Source of the DNA: Propionibacteriaceae bacterium Y2011
GTDB taxonomy: Bacteria > Actinomycetota > Actinomycetes > Propionibacteriales > Propionibacteriaceae
DNA length: 64,000 bases
Assembly: GCA_050157065.1 (NCBI GenBank)
Contig: CP189573.1
Direction: 5' to 3' (one strand)
A model generated the notes under the pieces. The model saw only the letters and a program-made list of their open reading frames with translations, searched no databases and was not told where the DNA came from. A program made the position numbers and the translations under genes. Shown in pieces: positions 9,634 to 18,720 of this stretch (its first letter is position 1; each line of letters starts with the position of its first letter).

Positions 9634-10974
9634 TCAACGGTGGTCGACGGGCGCTCCCGCCGGGACCACGGGCTCCCGTACGCACGAGGCGCTGAAGTCG
9701 TCCAGCAGCCGGCGGGCGTGGAACGGCACCCAGGTGTGCAGCAGTCCGGCCGTGTACCGCTCGCGCTCCTTCGGGTCGATGGTGAGGTTGACCACGTCGG
9801 GGTAGCCAAGGGTCTCGGGGGCGTCGCGGAAGTGTTGTTGGCGCCGGTACACGACCTTGAAGTCGTGCCACTTCACCGCGTGCACCTGGTCGCGTACCCA
9901 GACGATGCAGCCTTCGCGGGCCGACTCGCGTGTGGTGCCGCTGAGGAAGTCACGCTGGTCCAGCCCGTCGATCTCGCGGTCCTCGGGCACCGGCACGCCG
10001 GCCCAGCCGAGCAGTGTGGTGAACAGGTCGACCTGGTGCACCAGCTGGTTGGACACCTGGCCGGCCGCCACCACGCCCGGCCAGCGCACCAGGCACGGCG
10101 TGCGGAGGCCGCCCTCGCTGGAGGAGAAGTACGACCCGTCGAAGACGCCCGACGAACCTCGCCACGGTTGGTTGTCCTCGGCCCCGTTGTCCCCGGCGAA
10201 GATCACGATCGTGTCGTCGCCGATGCCCAGGTCGTCGATCGTGTCGAGCAGCACGCCGACGTCGGCGTCGAGCTCGGCGAGGCAGTCCGCCCAGTCCCCC
10301 TGCCCGGTGCTGCCCGCGAACTCGGGGCGCGGGATCGTCGGCATGTGCAGCATCGAGTGGTTGAAGTACAGGAAGAACGGCTGCTCCTCACGTACGGAGT
10401 CAGCCATGAACGCCGTGGCACGGTCGAGGTAATCGGCGTCGACGTCGCGGCGTCGCTCCAAGGTCAGGCGTTCGTCGGTCAGTTCGCGGACCCCGTCGGC
10501 GATCGTGCCCTCGACCATGAAGGACTCCGGGTCACGGCCGGGCCGGTACCACGGGTCCTCGGGCCAGAGGCACTCGGTGTAGGTGCGCGCCGGACCGTAG
10601 AAGGTCTCGAAGCCGTGGTCGGTGGGCCACCGGCCGTGCTCGGCACCCAGGTGCCACTTGCCGAGGCACGTGGTCGCATACCCTGCGTCGTGGAGCTGCT
10701 CGCCGAGGGTGCGTTCCCAGCCGATCAGCCCGCCGGTCCCCCCGGCTTCCGGGATCGCGTAGGTGCCGGACCGGATGGCGTGGCGACCGGTGAGCAGTGC
10801 CGAGCGGGACGGGGAGCACTGGGGCTCCGCGATGTAGTGCCACAGCTGGTGCCCCTCGCGGGCGAGGGCGTCGATCCGCGGTGTCGGCGCCCCGCGGACG
10901 ATGCCGCCGCCGTAGCAGCCGAGCTCGCCCATCCCGAGGTTGTCGACGTGGATGATCACGATGTTGGCTGCCAC
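9634..10974 (-). CDS. Cys-type sulfatase
   Basis: 446 aa. IIHVDNLGMGELGCYG N-terminus and CSPSR formylglycine motif. GDNG metal-binding block. Confidence 0.85.
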   Translation of the reverse strand: MAANIVIIHVDNLGMGELGCYGGGIVRGAPTPRIDALAREGHQLWHYIAEPQCSPSRSALLTGRHAIRSGTYAIPEAGGTGGLIGWERTLGEQLHDAGYATTCLGKWHLGAEHGRWPTDHGFETFYGPARTYTECLWPEDPWYRPGRDPESFMVEGTIADGVRELTDERLTLERRRDVDADYLDRATAFMADSVREEQPFFLYFNHSMLHMPTIPRPEFAGSTGQGDWADCLAELDADVGVLLDTIDDLGIGDDTIVIFAGDNGAEDNQPWRGSSGVFDGSYFSSSEGGLRTPCLVRWPGVVAAGQVSNQLVHQVDLFTTLLGWAGVPVPEDREIDGLDQRDFLSGTTRESAREGCIVWVRDQVHAVKWHDFKVVYRRQQHFRDAPETLGYPDVVNLTIDPKERERYTAGLLHTWVPFHARRLLDDFSASCVREPVVPAGAPVDHR

Positions 10975-11030
10975 ATTCCACAGAATACCGACGGGCCGCT
11001 CGGGTCGCCGCGCCGGCTGAGGTGCCGCGG

Positions 11031-11122
11031 ATTCCGCAGAGCGACCGGTCGGCGGAGTGGGGACGGCGCGCCCACGCCTGAGCGCCGCGCCCCACTCCCG
11101 TCGACCGGTCGCTTTGCGGAAT
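11031..11122. repeat. long palindromic intergenic element, family 1 copy B; probable terminator of rpoA-rplQ
   Basis: Arms attccgcagagcgaccggtcgg / cgaccggtcgctttgcggaat, with inner arms ggagtgggg/ccccactcc. Immediately downstream of the rplQ stop. About 80% identical to copy A. Confidence 0.7.
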
Positions 11123-11229
11123 CAGGCGCGACCCGGCACGCCGGACACCCTCCGAGCATGTGTTCGGGAACGAGAAAGGGGCGGCTCCCGTTCGGGAACC
11201 GCCCCTGTCTCAGGGTGCTTCGGTGGGAC

Positions 11230-11970
11230 TCAGGCGTCAGCCTTGTCCGCGTCGTCGTCGCCGTCCTTGTCGGCGACCGCGTTCACGAACCCGGCGGCCT
11301 CGGCGGCCTCCGCGCTGGTGAACCAGACCTCGGCGATCGTGCGGCCGTACCACGGCGACTCAGGGGTGTGGAACTTCATCGAGTCCTCGTTGCCCTTGAC
11401 GTCGAAGCCCGCGGGGGGCTCCTCGCCACGGTACGAGTCGTCGCCGTAGTCCTTGGCGTCGAGCTCGGCCTCGGCCGCGGCGGCCGGATCGGCCTCGGCA
11501 CGGACCGCGTCGGCGGCCAATTCCTCGTCGACCTCGGCGGCCGGCTCCACGTCGCTGGTGTCGCTGACGTCGGTGGTCGCCGGTGCGCTGTCCGACTTCG
11601 CCCGCGAGGTCACCGGCTCGTCGATCAGCTCGATGATCGCCATCGGCGCGTTGTCGCCCTTGCGCGGGCCGACCTTGGTGATCCGCAGGTAGCCGCCGTC
11701 ACGTCCCTCCATCAGCTGCGCGATGTCGGTGAACAGGTGGTGCACCACCCCGGTGTCACGGATGGTGGACATCACCTGGCGACGGGAGTGCAGGTCACCC
11801 CGCTTGGCCTTGGTGATCAGCCGCTCGGCCAGCGGACGCAGCCGCTTGGCCTTGGCCTCGGTCGTGGTGATGCGGCCGTGCTCGAACAACTGGCTGGCGA
11901 GGTTGGCCAGGATCATCCGCTCGTGGGCGGGGCTACCGCCCAAGCGGGCGCCCTTGGTGGGAGTAGGCAT
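11230..11970 (-). CDS. rplQ: 50S ribosomal protein bL17 with an acidic C-terminal extension of about 115 aa
   Basis: N-terminal 130 aa are canonical L17 ([29 protein letters not shown]). The C-terminus carries the [16 protein letters not shown] module shared with uL4. Confidence 0.9.
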   Translation of the reverse strand: MPTPTKGARLGGSPAHERMILANLASQLFEHGRITTTEAKAKRLRPLAERLITKAKRGDLHSRRQVMSTIRDTGVVHHLFTDIAQLMEGRDGGYLRITKVGPRKGDNAPMAIIELIDEPVTSRAKSDSAPATTDVSDTSDVEPAAEVDEELAADAVRAEADPAAAAEAELDAKDYGDDSYRGEEPPAGFDVKGNEDSMKFHTPESPWYGRTIAEVWFTSAEAAEAAGFVNAVADKDGDDDADKADA

Positions 11971-12001
11971 GTTCGTGATCTCTCAGTCGGTGGGTGGCCG
12001 G

Positions 12002-13015
12002 TCAGTACTGTTCGGTTTCGGCGAAGTCGACGTCGTCGTCATCGTCGTAGTTCGGCACGCTCAGCGGATCGAAGCCGGGCGCGCTGTCCTTCAACGACAG
12101 GCCCATCTCGTGCAGCTTGAGCTTGACCTCGTCGATCGACTTGGAGCCGAAGTTGCGGATGTCGAGCAGGTCCTGCTCCGAACGCGACACCAGTTCGCTG
12201 ACGGTGTGGATGCCCTCACGCTTGAGGCAGTTGTACGACCGAACCGTCAGGTTCAGGTCCTCCACCGGCAGCGCCAGGTCGGCGGCGAGCTGCTCGTCGA
12301 CCGGCGACGGGCCGATCTCGATGCCCTCGGCCTCGACGTTGAGCTCACGGGCCAGCCCGAACAGCTCGACGAGGGTACGGCCCGCGCTCGCGATCGCGTC
12401 ACGCGGCCGGATCGACGGCTTGGTCTCGACGTCGATGATCAACTTGTCGAAGTCGGTGCGCTGCTCGACACGCGTCGCCTCGACCTTGTAGCTCACCTTC
12501 AGCACCGGCGAGTAGATCGAGTCGACCGGGATCCGGCCGATCTCGGCGTCGAACGACTTGTTCTGCTGCGCCGACACGTAGCCACGGCCACGCTCGACGA
12601 CGAGTTCCATCTCGAGGCGCCCCGACTCGTTCAGGGTCGCGATGTGCATCTCCGGGTTGTGGATCTCCACCCCGGCCGGGGGCGCGATGTCGGCCGCGGT
12701 CACCGCACCCGCACCGGCCTTGCGCAGGTACATCGTCACCGGCTCGTCCTCCTCCGAGGACAGCACCAGACCCTTCAGGTTCAAGATGATCTCGGTGACG
12801 TCCTCGACCACACCCTCGATCGTCGAGAACTCGTGGTTGTTCCCGTCGATCTTGATGCTGGTGACCGAGGCACCCGGGATCGAGCTCAGCAAGGTGCGAC
12901 GCAGCGAGTTCCCCAACGTGTAACCGAAGCCCGGCTCCAGCGGCTCGATGACGAACCGCGACCGGTAGTCGTCGACGACCTCTTCGCTCAACGACGGACG
13001 CTGTGCAATCAGCAT
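12002..13015 (-). CDS. rpoA: DNA-directed RNA polymerase subunit alpha
   Basis: Starts MLIAQRPSL (ATG at 13013-13015). Conserved NTD and CTD ([13 protein letters not shown]). Confidence 0.93.
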   Translation of the reverse strand: MLIAQRPSLSEEVVDDYRSRFVIEPLEPGFGYTLGNSLRRTLLSSIPGASVTSIKIDGNNHEFSTIEGVVEDVTEIILNLKGLVLSSEEDEPVTMYLRKAGAGAVTAADIAPPAGVEIHNPEMHIATLNESGRLEMELVVERGRGYVSAQQNKSFDAEIGRIPVDSIYSPVLKVSYKVEATRVEQRTDFDKLIIDVETKPSIRPRDAIASAGRTLVELFGLARELNVEAEGIEIGPSPVDEQLAADLALPVEDLNLTVRSYNCLKREGIHTVSELVSRSEQDLLDIRNFGSKSIDEVKLKLHEMGLSLKDSAPGFDPLSVPNYDDDDDVDFAETEQY

Positions 13016-13382
13016 GTGATTCTTCCTCTCCGCACCGACCACTATTTGACGATGCGATTCCAGATGCCCACCAGGCGGGATTGCCCGCAGGCTGTGAAGT
13101 TGTACGGCTGTCCAGTTGTACGCCCCGGGCCCAGCTCGACCTGCTTTCACCAACCAAGCCGCTGATCGGGTGAGCGCCAGACCCGCACCCGACCGCCAAG
13201 GCTTGCCTCGGAGGGCACACCGGCCGGGTGGGTCGGGCGTCGGCCTGGCGGTACGGAGCTTGCGACGGCCCGCCAGGGCTGGGCGGGACGGTGTGCCCTT
13301 CGGGGCAAGCCGACCCGCGCTGCCCAGAGGCCACACGCGAAACCGACCAAGCAACTCCCACGCCGCTCGACCCGGACTCAAC

Positions 13383-13988
13383 TCACTTGGAGTAGAGCTC
13401 CACGATCAACTGCTCCTGCACGTCGATCACGATCTGCTCGCGGACCGGCAGCTGGTGCACCAGGATGCGCATCTTGTCCGGCACCGCCTGCAACCACGCC
13501 GGCACGTCCCGCTCACCGTGGGTCTCACGGGCGACGACCAGCGGGTGCAGGTTCATCGACTTCTCGCGGACGTCGATGATGTCGTGCTGGGAGACGCGGT
13601 ACGACGGGATGTCGACCTTCTTGCCGTTCACCAGGAAGTGGCCGTGGACCACGAGCTGACGCGCCTGACGGCGGGTGTTGGCGAAGCCGGCACGGTAGAT
13701 CACGTTGTCCAGTCGGGACTCCAGGATCTGCAGCAGGTGGTCACCGGTCTTGCCGGCGACACGGTTGGCCTCGTCGTAGTAGCGGGCGAACTGCTTCTCC
13801 AGGACGCCGTACGCGAAACGCGCCTTCTGCTTCTCGCGGAGCTGCAGGGCGTACTCGGTGTCCTTGGAGCGGCCGCGGCCGTGCTGGCCGGGCGGGTAGG
13901 GGCGGCGCTCGAACGCCTTGTCGCCACCGACCAGGTCAACCCCCAGTCGACGCGACTTCTTGGTCATGGGACCGGTGTAGCGTGCCAT
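13383..13988 (-). CDS. rpsD: 30S ribosomal protein uS4
   Basis: MARYTGP...RRLG, full-length 201 aa. Confidence 0.93.
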   Translation of the reverse strand: MARYTGPMTKKSRRLGVDLVGGDKAFERRPYPPGQHGRGRSKDTEYALQLREKQKARFAYGVLEKQFARYYDEANRVAGKTGDHLLQILESRLDNVIYRAGFANTRRQARQLVVHGHFLVNGKKVDIPSYRVSQHDIIDVREKSMNLHPLVVARETHGERDVPAWLQAVPDKMRILVHQLPVREQIVIDVQEQLIVELYSK

Positions 13989-14020
13989 GTTTGATCAGTC
14001 CTTGTTCTAAACGTCGGGGC

Positions 14021-14422
14021 TCAGACGCGGCGGCGCTTGGGCGGCCGGCATCCGTTGTGGGGAACGGGGGTCACGTCGCTGATCGGGCCGATCTCCAGCC
14101 CGACCGCGCCGAGGGAACGGATCGCGGTCTCACGTCCGGAGCCGGGGCCCTTGACGAAGACGTCGACCCGCTTCATCCCGTGGTCCATCGCCCGACGGCC
14201 CGCCACCTCGGCGGCCATCTGCGCGGCGTACGGGGTCGACTTGCGGGAACCCTTGAACCCGACGGTGCCCGCCGAGGCCCATGCGATGACGCCACCGCTG
14301 GGGTCGGTGATCGTGATGATCGTGTTGTTGAACGTGGACTTGATGTGCGCCTGACCGGCGATCACGTTCTTCTTTTCCTTGCGCCGCACCTTCTTGGTGG
14401 CGCTACGTCCTGCTGTTGCCAT
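14021..14422 (-). CDS. rpsK: 30S ribosomal protein uS11
   Basis: 133 aa with conserved S11 sequence. Confidence 0.93.
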   Translation of the reverse strand: MATAGRSATKKVRRKEKKNVIAGQAHIKSTFNNTIITITDPSGGVIAWASAGTVGFKGSRKSTPYAAQMAAEVAGRRAMDHGMKRVDVFVKGPGSGRETAIRSLGAVGLEIGPISDVTPVPHNGCRPPKRRRV

Positions 14423-14451
14423 GGTTCACGAACTCCTGGGGTCTCGACTCG

Positions 14452-14820
14452 TCACTTCTTCTTGCCGGCGACCGGCTTGCGCTTGCCCTTGCGAGTCCGC
14501 GCGTTGGTCTGGGTGCGCTGGCCACGCACGGGGAGCCCGCTGCGGTGGCGGCGGCCCTGGTAGGTGCCGATCTCGACCTTGCGGCGGATGTCGGCAGCGA
14601 CCTCACGACGAAGGTCGCCCTCGGTCTGGTAGTTGGCCTCGATGTGATCACGCAGCGCGACCAGGTGGTCGTCGGTGAGTTCGTGGACCCGCAGATCCCC
14701 GCTGATCTGGGTCTTCTCCAGGGTTTCGAGGGCGCGCGTACGGCCGACCCCGAAGATGTAGGTGAGTGCCACCTCGAGGCGCTTGTCGCGCGGGAGGTCG
14801 ACACCGATGAGACGTGCCAT
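14452..14820 (-). CDS. rpsM: 30S ribosomal protein uS13
   Basis: Starts [14 protein letters not shown] (ATG at 14818-14820). Confidence 0.92.
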   Translation of the reverse strand: MARLIGVDLPRDKRLEVALTYIFGVGRTRALETLEKTQISGDLRVHELTDDHLVALRDHIEANYQTEGDLRREVAADIRRKVEIGTYQGRRHRSGLPVRGQRTQTNARTRKGKRKPVAGKKK

Positions 14821-15017
14821 GGTGAACCTTTCGGCTGTCGTCGGTCTGGGGCGTGCAGCGTCCCGGCCTGGCGAGCCGGGCCCCGGCCGACGGTCCGGGG
14901 GTGGAACCGGGAGCTGGTCCCGGCGTGCTGTCACACTGTGCGCCCGGGACGGTGTCCCGGGGTGGTGGTGCGTATGGAGTTGTGGTGCGATGCAGTTGTC
15001 GTGCCCGTGTGCTCGGT

Positions 15018-15131
15018 CAGCCCTGGCGCTGCTTGTGGCGCGGGTTGGGGCAGATCACCATCACGCGACCGTGACGACGAATGACCTTGCAGTTGTCGCA
15101 CATCTTCTTGACGCTCGGCTGAACCTTCATC
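15018..15131 (-). CDS. rpmJ: 50S ribosomal protein bL36
   Basis: Hand-translated 37 aa: [37 protein letters not shown]. Not in the ORF track because it is too short. Confidence 0.85.
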
Positions 15132-15250
15132 GAGGGTCTTTCTGGCTCGCGCACGAAGGTCCGCCCCAGCGGGTGGAACTCGTACTCAGTGGGTGGTGAT
15201 CGAGTGGGACCCGACCGACCGGCTGGCGTGTCGAGGACAACTCGACCGGG

Positions 15251-15472
15251 TCATCGGTGCCGGAAGACGATCCGTCCGCGGGTGAGGTCGTACGGCGAAA
15301 GCTCGACCACGACACGATCGGTGGGCAGGATGCGGATGTAGTGCTGACGCATCTTGCCGCTGATCGTGGCGAGCACCTTGTGACCGTTCGTCAGCTCAAC
15401 ACGGAACATCGCATTGGGCAGCGCCTCGACCACGGTGCCCTCCATCTCGAGGGCCCCCTCTTTCTTCGCCAT
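15251..15472 (-). CDS. infA: translation initiation factor IF-1
   Basis: [42 protein letters not shown]..., 73 aa. Confidence 0.9.
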   Translation of the reverse strand: MAKKEGALEMEGTVVEALPNAMFRVELTNGHKVLATISGKMRQHYIRILPTDRVVVELSPYDLTRGRIVFRHR

Positions 15473-15595
15473 GAACTCGCAATCTCCGAGGAATGTGGAC
15501 ATGCGTCACCCGGCACGGGTGACCGACAGGTCATGTTACGCCACCGGAAGCGCCGGACTCAAATCGCCGGCCTCGGGGCGGTCCGGCCGGTCCTC

Positions 15596-16723
15596 TCAGA
15601 CCTCGTCCACCTCGGCGAATCCGACCTGCTCGGGCGCCTGGTCGGCGACCACACCGAGTTCGGCCAGCGCCAGCCCGAGCTCGCGCCCGTCGTGCCCGCC
15701 GACCACCCGGGAGCCCGCCGCGTGCCGGAACTCCGACTCCAGGGCGCCGTGGGCCAGGACGTGCTGACCGGGCGTGAGCTGCCGCAGGGCGATCGCGTGG
15801 ACGTGGCCGGGGAACTCCCGGGCCAGGTCGGCGTAGATCGCCGGGTCGTGCTGTCCGTCGTCGCCGATCAGCAACCACTTGATGTTGGGGTACGCCTGGA
15901 TCAGGTCGCGCAGGTTGGCGCGCTTGTGCGCCTGGCCCGACCGGAAGAAGCCGCTGTTGGTGGGGCCCCAGTCGGTCAGCAGCAGCGGCCCGGGCGGGAA
16001 CCGGTGGGCGGCCAGGAAGCGCCGCAGGGTCGGCGCCACGTTCCAGGCGCCGGTGGACAGGTACACCACCGGGGCACCCGGATGCGCCCGGATCAGGTCC
16101 TGGTAGAGCACCGGCATCCCCGGCACCACCCGGCGGGCCGACTCGTGCAGCACGAAGGCGTTCCAGGCCGCCAGCATCGGCCGCGGCAGGGCGGTCACCA
16201 TCACCGTGTCGTCGATGTCGGAGATGATCCCGAAGGTGGTCCCCTCGGCGACGCAGTACACCTCGGAGCGCACCACCTCGCCACTGCAACAGGTGATGGT
16301 GGCGATGTTCCAGCCGGGCTCGAGGTCGGCGTCGACGACCTGGTCGATGATGCCGGCCCGGTCCGAGACGAGGTGGTGGGTGTGGCCGCCGACCTCGACG
16401 GTCACCTCGGAGTGCGGGGCGATCACGATCGTGAAGTTGCGCCAGCCGCGGACCAGCCGCAGGTGCTCGTACGCCGGCACGTCGTCGGGGTTGCGGACGG
16501 GGGCGTCGGTGTAGACGGTCCGCGCCAGGATGCGCACCTTGGTCTCGGTGCCGTAGCTCGCGTACGGCTCCACCTTGACCCGGTGCCCGAGCCGGACCAT
16601 CAGGCGGCCGATCCGGCGGTTGACCGCGTCCTCCAGCCGGGCGGCCCAGAACGGCCGGGTCGACACGCCCCCACGGGAACGCCGTCCCAGACGTCGTCGG
16701 GCAGCAGGTTGGTCGTCGCTCAC
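15596..16723 (-). CDS. App1-like phosphatase (DUF2183 family; HAD-like DxDxT motif)
   Basis: 375 aa with a GIISDIDDTV motif. Family assignment by recollection. Confidence 0.55.
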   Translation of the reverse strand: MSDDQPAARRRLGRRSRGGVSTRPFWAARLEDAVNRRIGRLMVRLGHRVKVEPYASYGTETKVRILARTVYTDAPVRNPDDVPAYEHLRLVRGWRNFTIVIAPHSEVTVEVGGHTHHLVSDRAGIIDQVVDADLEPGWNIATITCCSGEVVRSEVYCVAEGTTFGIISDIDDTVMVTALPRPMLAAWNAFVLHESARRVVPGMPVLYQDLIRAHPGAPVVYLSTGAWNVAPTLRRFLAAHRFPPGPLLLTDWGPTNSGFFRSGQAHKRANLRDLIQAYPNIKWLLIGDDGQHDPAIYADLAREFPGHVHAIALRQLTPGQHVLAHGALESEFRHAAGSRVVGGHDGRELGLALAELGVVADQAPEQVGFAEVDEV

Positions 16724-16771
16724 GGAGGTCAGTCTGTCATCCTCCGATGTCGGGGCTCGGCGACCCCGACG

Positions 16772-17167
16772 TCACAGCACGACCAGCAGCACCAGGACGA
16801 TGACGACCAGCAGCGCGACCGCGACCGTGCCCACCGCGTACGCGGCGACCCGGCTCCCACGCCGGTCGGTGCTCGCCAGTTCGCCCGGACGGCCCAGTTG
16901 GGCGACGATCTCGGGGGTCGGATAGGTCGGCAGCGGTGGCAGTCCGGAGACCACCGGCACCAGTTCGCCGAGGCGCCGGGCCGCGTACAGGGTGTCGAGC
17001 CGGGACCGGTAGTCCAACTCGTCGAGCGTGCCGGTGGCGTACGCCTCGTTGAGCCGTTCCCCGATCGAGGCGCGTTCCTCGTCGGTGACCGGGGCGTCAG
17101 GGGTGCTGCGGTACGGCGACGAGATCGGCAGCTCGGGCCGGTTTTCGGCACCTCCGGGGCCGGACAT
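16772..17167 (-). CDS. DUF1707 (SHOCT-like) domain membrane protein
   Basis: Start MSGPGG at 17165-17167, 2 nt after the upstream gene stop. N-terminal motif ERASIGERLNEAYATGTLDELDYRSRLDTLYAARRLGEL. C-terminal TM helix. Confidence 0.55.
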   Translation of the reverse strand: MSGPGGAENRPELPISSPYRSTPDAPVTDEERASIGERLNEAYATGTLDELDYRSRLDTLYAARRLGELVPVVSGLPPLPTYPTPEIVAQLGRPGELASTDRRGSRVAAYAVGTVAVALLVVIVLVLLVVL

Positions 17168-17168
17168 C

Positions 17169-18719
17169 TCAGCGCACCTCGCTGGTCGGTGCCGCCCAGG
17201 TGTTGCAGACGCCCATCGAGGTCTGGCCCTCGCCACGTTCGTACCACAGCAGCTTGGACTCCCCCGAGCCGTGCGTCGGGCTGCCACTGTTGGCCCACCA
17301 GTCGCGGAACTCCAGGTCGTCGCTGCTGCTCCACTCGATCGTGGTCAGGTTGCGCATCAGGATGAGCGTCCAGCAGTTGTCCTGCAGTTCGATGCGTCGG
17401 CTGATCTGCTCCAGGCTCTCCAGCTCGAGCCGGCGCGGGGTGTTGAGGATCTCCAACGTGTACTGCACGTGGTGGGTGAACTCGTGGACCGCGGTGTGCA
17501 GTGCTCCCAGCCGCACGCCCCGGTTGACGTCGTTCTTCGGGACGTAGATCGCTTCGTTGCCCGAGCAGTAGAACGGCACGATGTCCGGGTCGGCCGGGTC
17601 GGCGTCACCACACGGGGTGTCGATGACCTCGTCGAAGAAGATCAGACCCGGCATCGTGAGGTCGTATCCCGCTGCCTGGACCGCCGGTTCGTAGTGGGCG
17701 TGGACGCACTCCAGGACGCCGGTGAACCAGCCCTCCATGCTGTCGTCGGTCGGCGACCGGGGCTGTTGCAGGGTGTCGCACTCCCATGTCCCGAGCTCCT
17801 GGGCGTAGAACGGGTTCGCCACCAGCACCGGCTGGTTCGCGTACGGCGAGCCGGACGAGGTCGACGCCGACGGGCTGCCGGAACTGCTCGTGGAGTTGGA
17901 GGGGCTCGGCGAGCGGGAGGGACTCGGGGTCGGTGAGGGGGTCGGGGTCGGGCTGGGTGAGGTCGACGTACTCGGGGTCGGTGACGGGGTCGGCGACGGC
18001 TCGAGCGCGCTGCGGATGGCGCCCACCCCGAACACGGTGCCCGCGATGATCAGCACCAAAGCCACCCCGACCACCACGACGACGACGGCGCCGCCGGGCC
18101 CACGTTGCTGCGGCGGCGGGCTCTGCCACGACTGCTGGTAGCCACTCTGTTGGTACGGGGCCTGGTAGCCACCCTGCTGGTACGGGGCCTGGTAGCCACC
18201 CTGTTGGTACGGGGCCTGGTAGCCACCCTGTTGGTACGGCGCCTGGTAGCCACCCTGCTGGTACGGGGCCTGGTAGCCACCCTGTTGGTACGGCGCCTGG
18301 TAGCCACCCTGCTGGTACGGGGCCTGGTAGCCACCCTGCTGGTACGGCGCCCGGTAGCCACCCTGCTGGTACGGCGCCTGGTAGCCACCCTGCTGGTACG
18401 GGGCCTGGCCCGGCTGGGAGGCCCCGGCGCCGTGGAACGCCTGCGAGGATTGCTGGCCACTCCACGACGGTGGTCGACCCCACGCCGGCTGCTGGGCCCG
18501 CCACGACGGCCCGGACTGGCCCTGGGGCCCCCACGGACCCGGCTGTCCGTGCTGCCCTGGCTCTCCCTGCTGCCCTGACTGGCCGGCGAACGAGTTCCCG
18601 GCTGCGGGCGGCTGCTGGCCCCACGGACTCTGCGGTGGCCGGTTCGGGGTTGCCTCACGGCTCCACGGGTCCGGCTGAGAGCCCGACTCGTGGGAACCCC
18701 AGGGTCCTTGGTTGCTCAT
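17169..18719 (-). CDS. membrane-anchored putative neutral zinc metallopeptidase (YpfJ/PF04228-like, HExxH) with Q/Y/G-rich repeat N-terminus
   Basis: 516 aa. Cytoplasmic low-complexity N-terminus with 10 tandem GGYQAPYQQ units (27-nt repeats at about 18130-18400). One TM helix, a Pro/Ser/Thr linker, and a C-domain with HEFTHHVQ. Confidence 0.7.
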   Translation of the reverse strand: MSNQGPWGSHESGSQPDPWSREATPNRPPQSPWGQQPPAAGNSFAGQSGQQGEPGQHGQPGPWGPQGQSGPSWRAQQPAWGRPPSWSGQQSSQAFHGAGASQPGQAPYQQGGYQAPYQQGGYRAPYQQGGYQAPYQQGGYQAPYQQGGYQAPYQQGGYQAPYQQGGYQAPYQQGGYQAPYQQGGYQAPYQQSGYQQSWQSPPPQQRGPGGAVVVVVVGVALVLIIAGTVFGVGAIRSALEPSPTPSPTPSTSTSPSPTPTPSPTPSPSRSPSPSNSTSSSGSPSASTSSGSPYANQPVLVANPFYAQELGTWECDTLQQPRSPTDDSMEGWFTGVLECVHAHYEPAVQAAGYDLTMPGLIFFDEVIDTPCGDADPADPDIVPFYCSGNEAIYVPKNDVNRGVRLGALHTAVHEFTHHVQYTLEILNTPRRLELESLEQISRRIELQDNCWTLILMRNLTTIEWSSSDDLEFRDWWANSGSPTHGSGESKLLWYERGEGQTSMGVCNTWAAPTSEVR

Positions 18720-18720
18720 C

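Noticed and set aside
9574-12120. 848-aa plus-strand ORF (and similar long antisense ORFs such as 466-1200, 1197-2309, 2353-4218, 5161-7296 upstream part, 15257-17365, 31296-33791, 35503-37419, 59780-62332)
   Set aside because: These lie antisense to, or out of frame with, well-supported conserved genes (sulfatases, ribosomal proteins, EF-G and others). They have Arg/Gly/Pro/Ala-rich low-complexity translations typical of stop-codon-poor 70% GC DNA. They are shadow ORFs.
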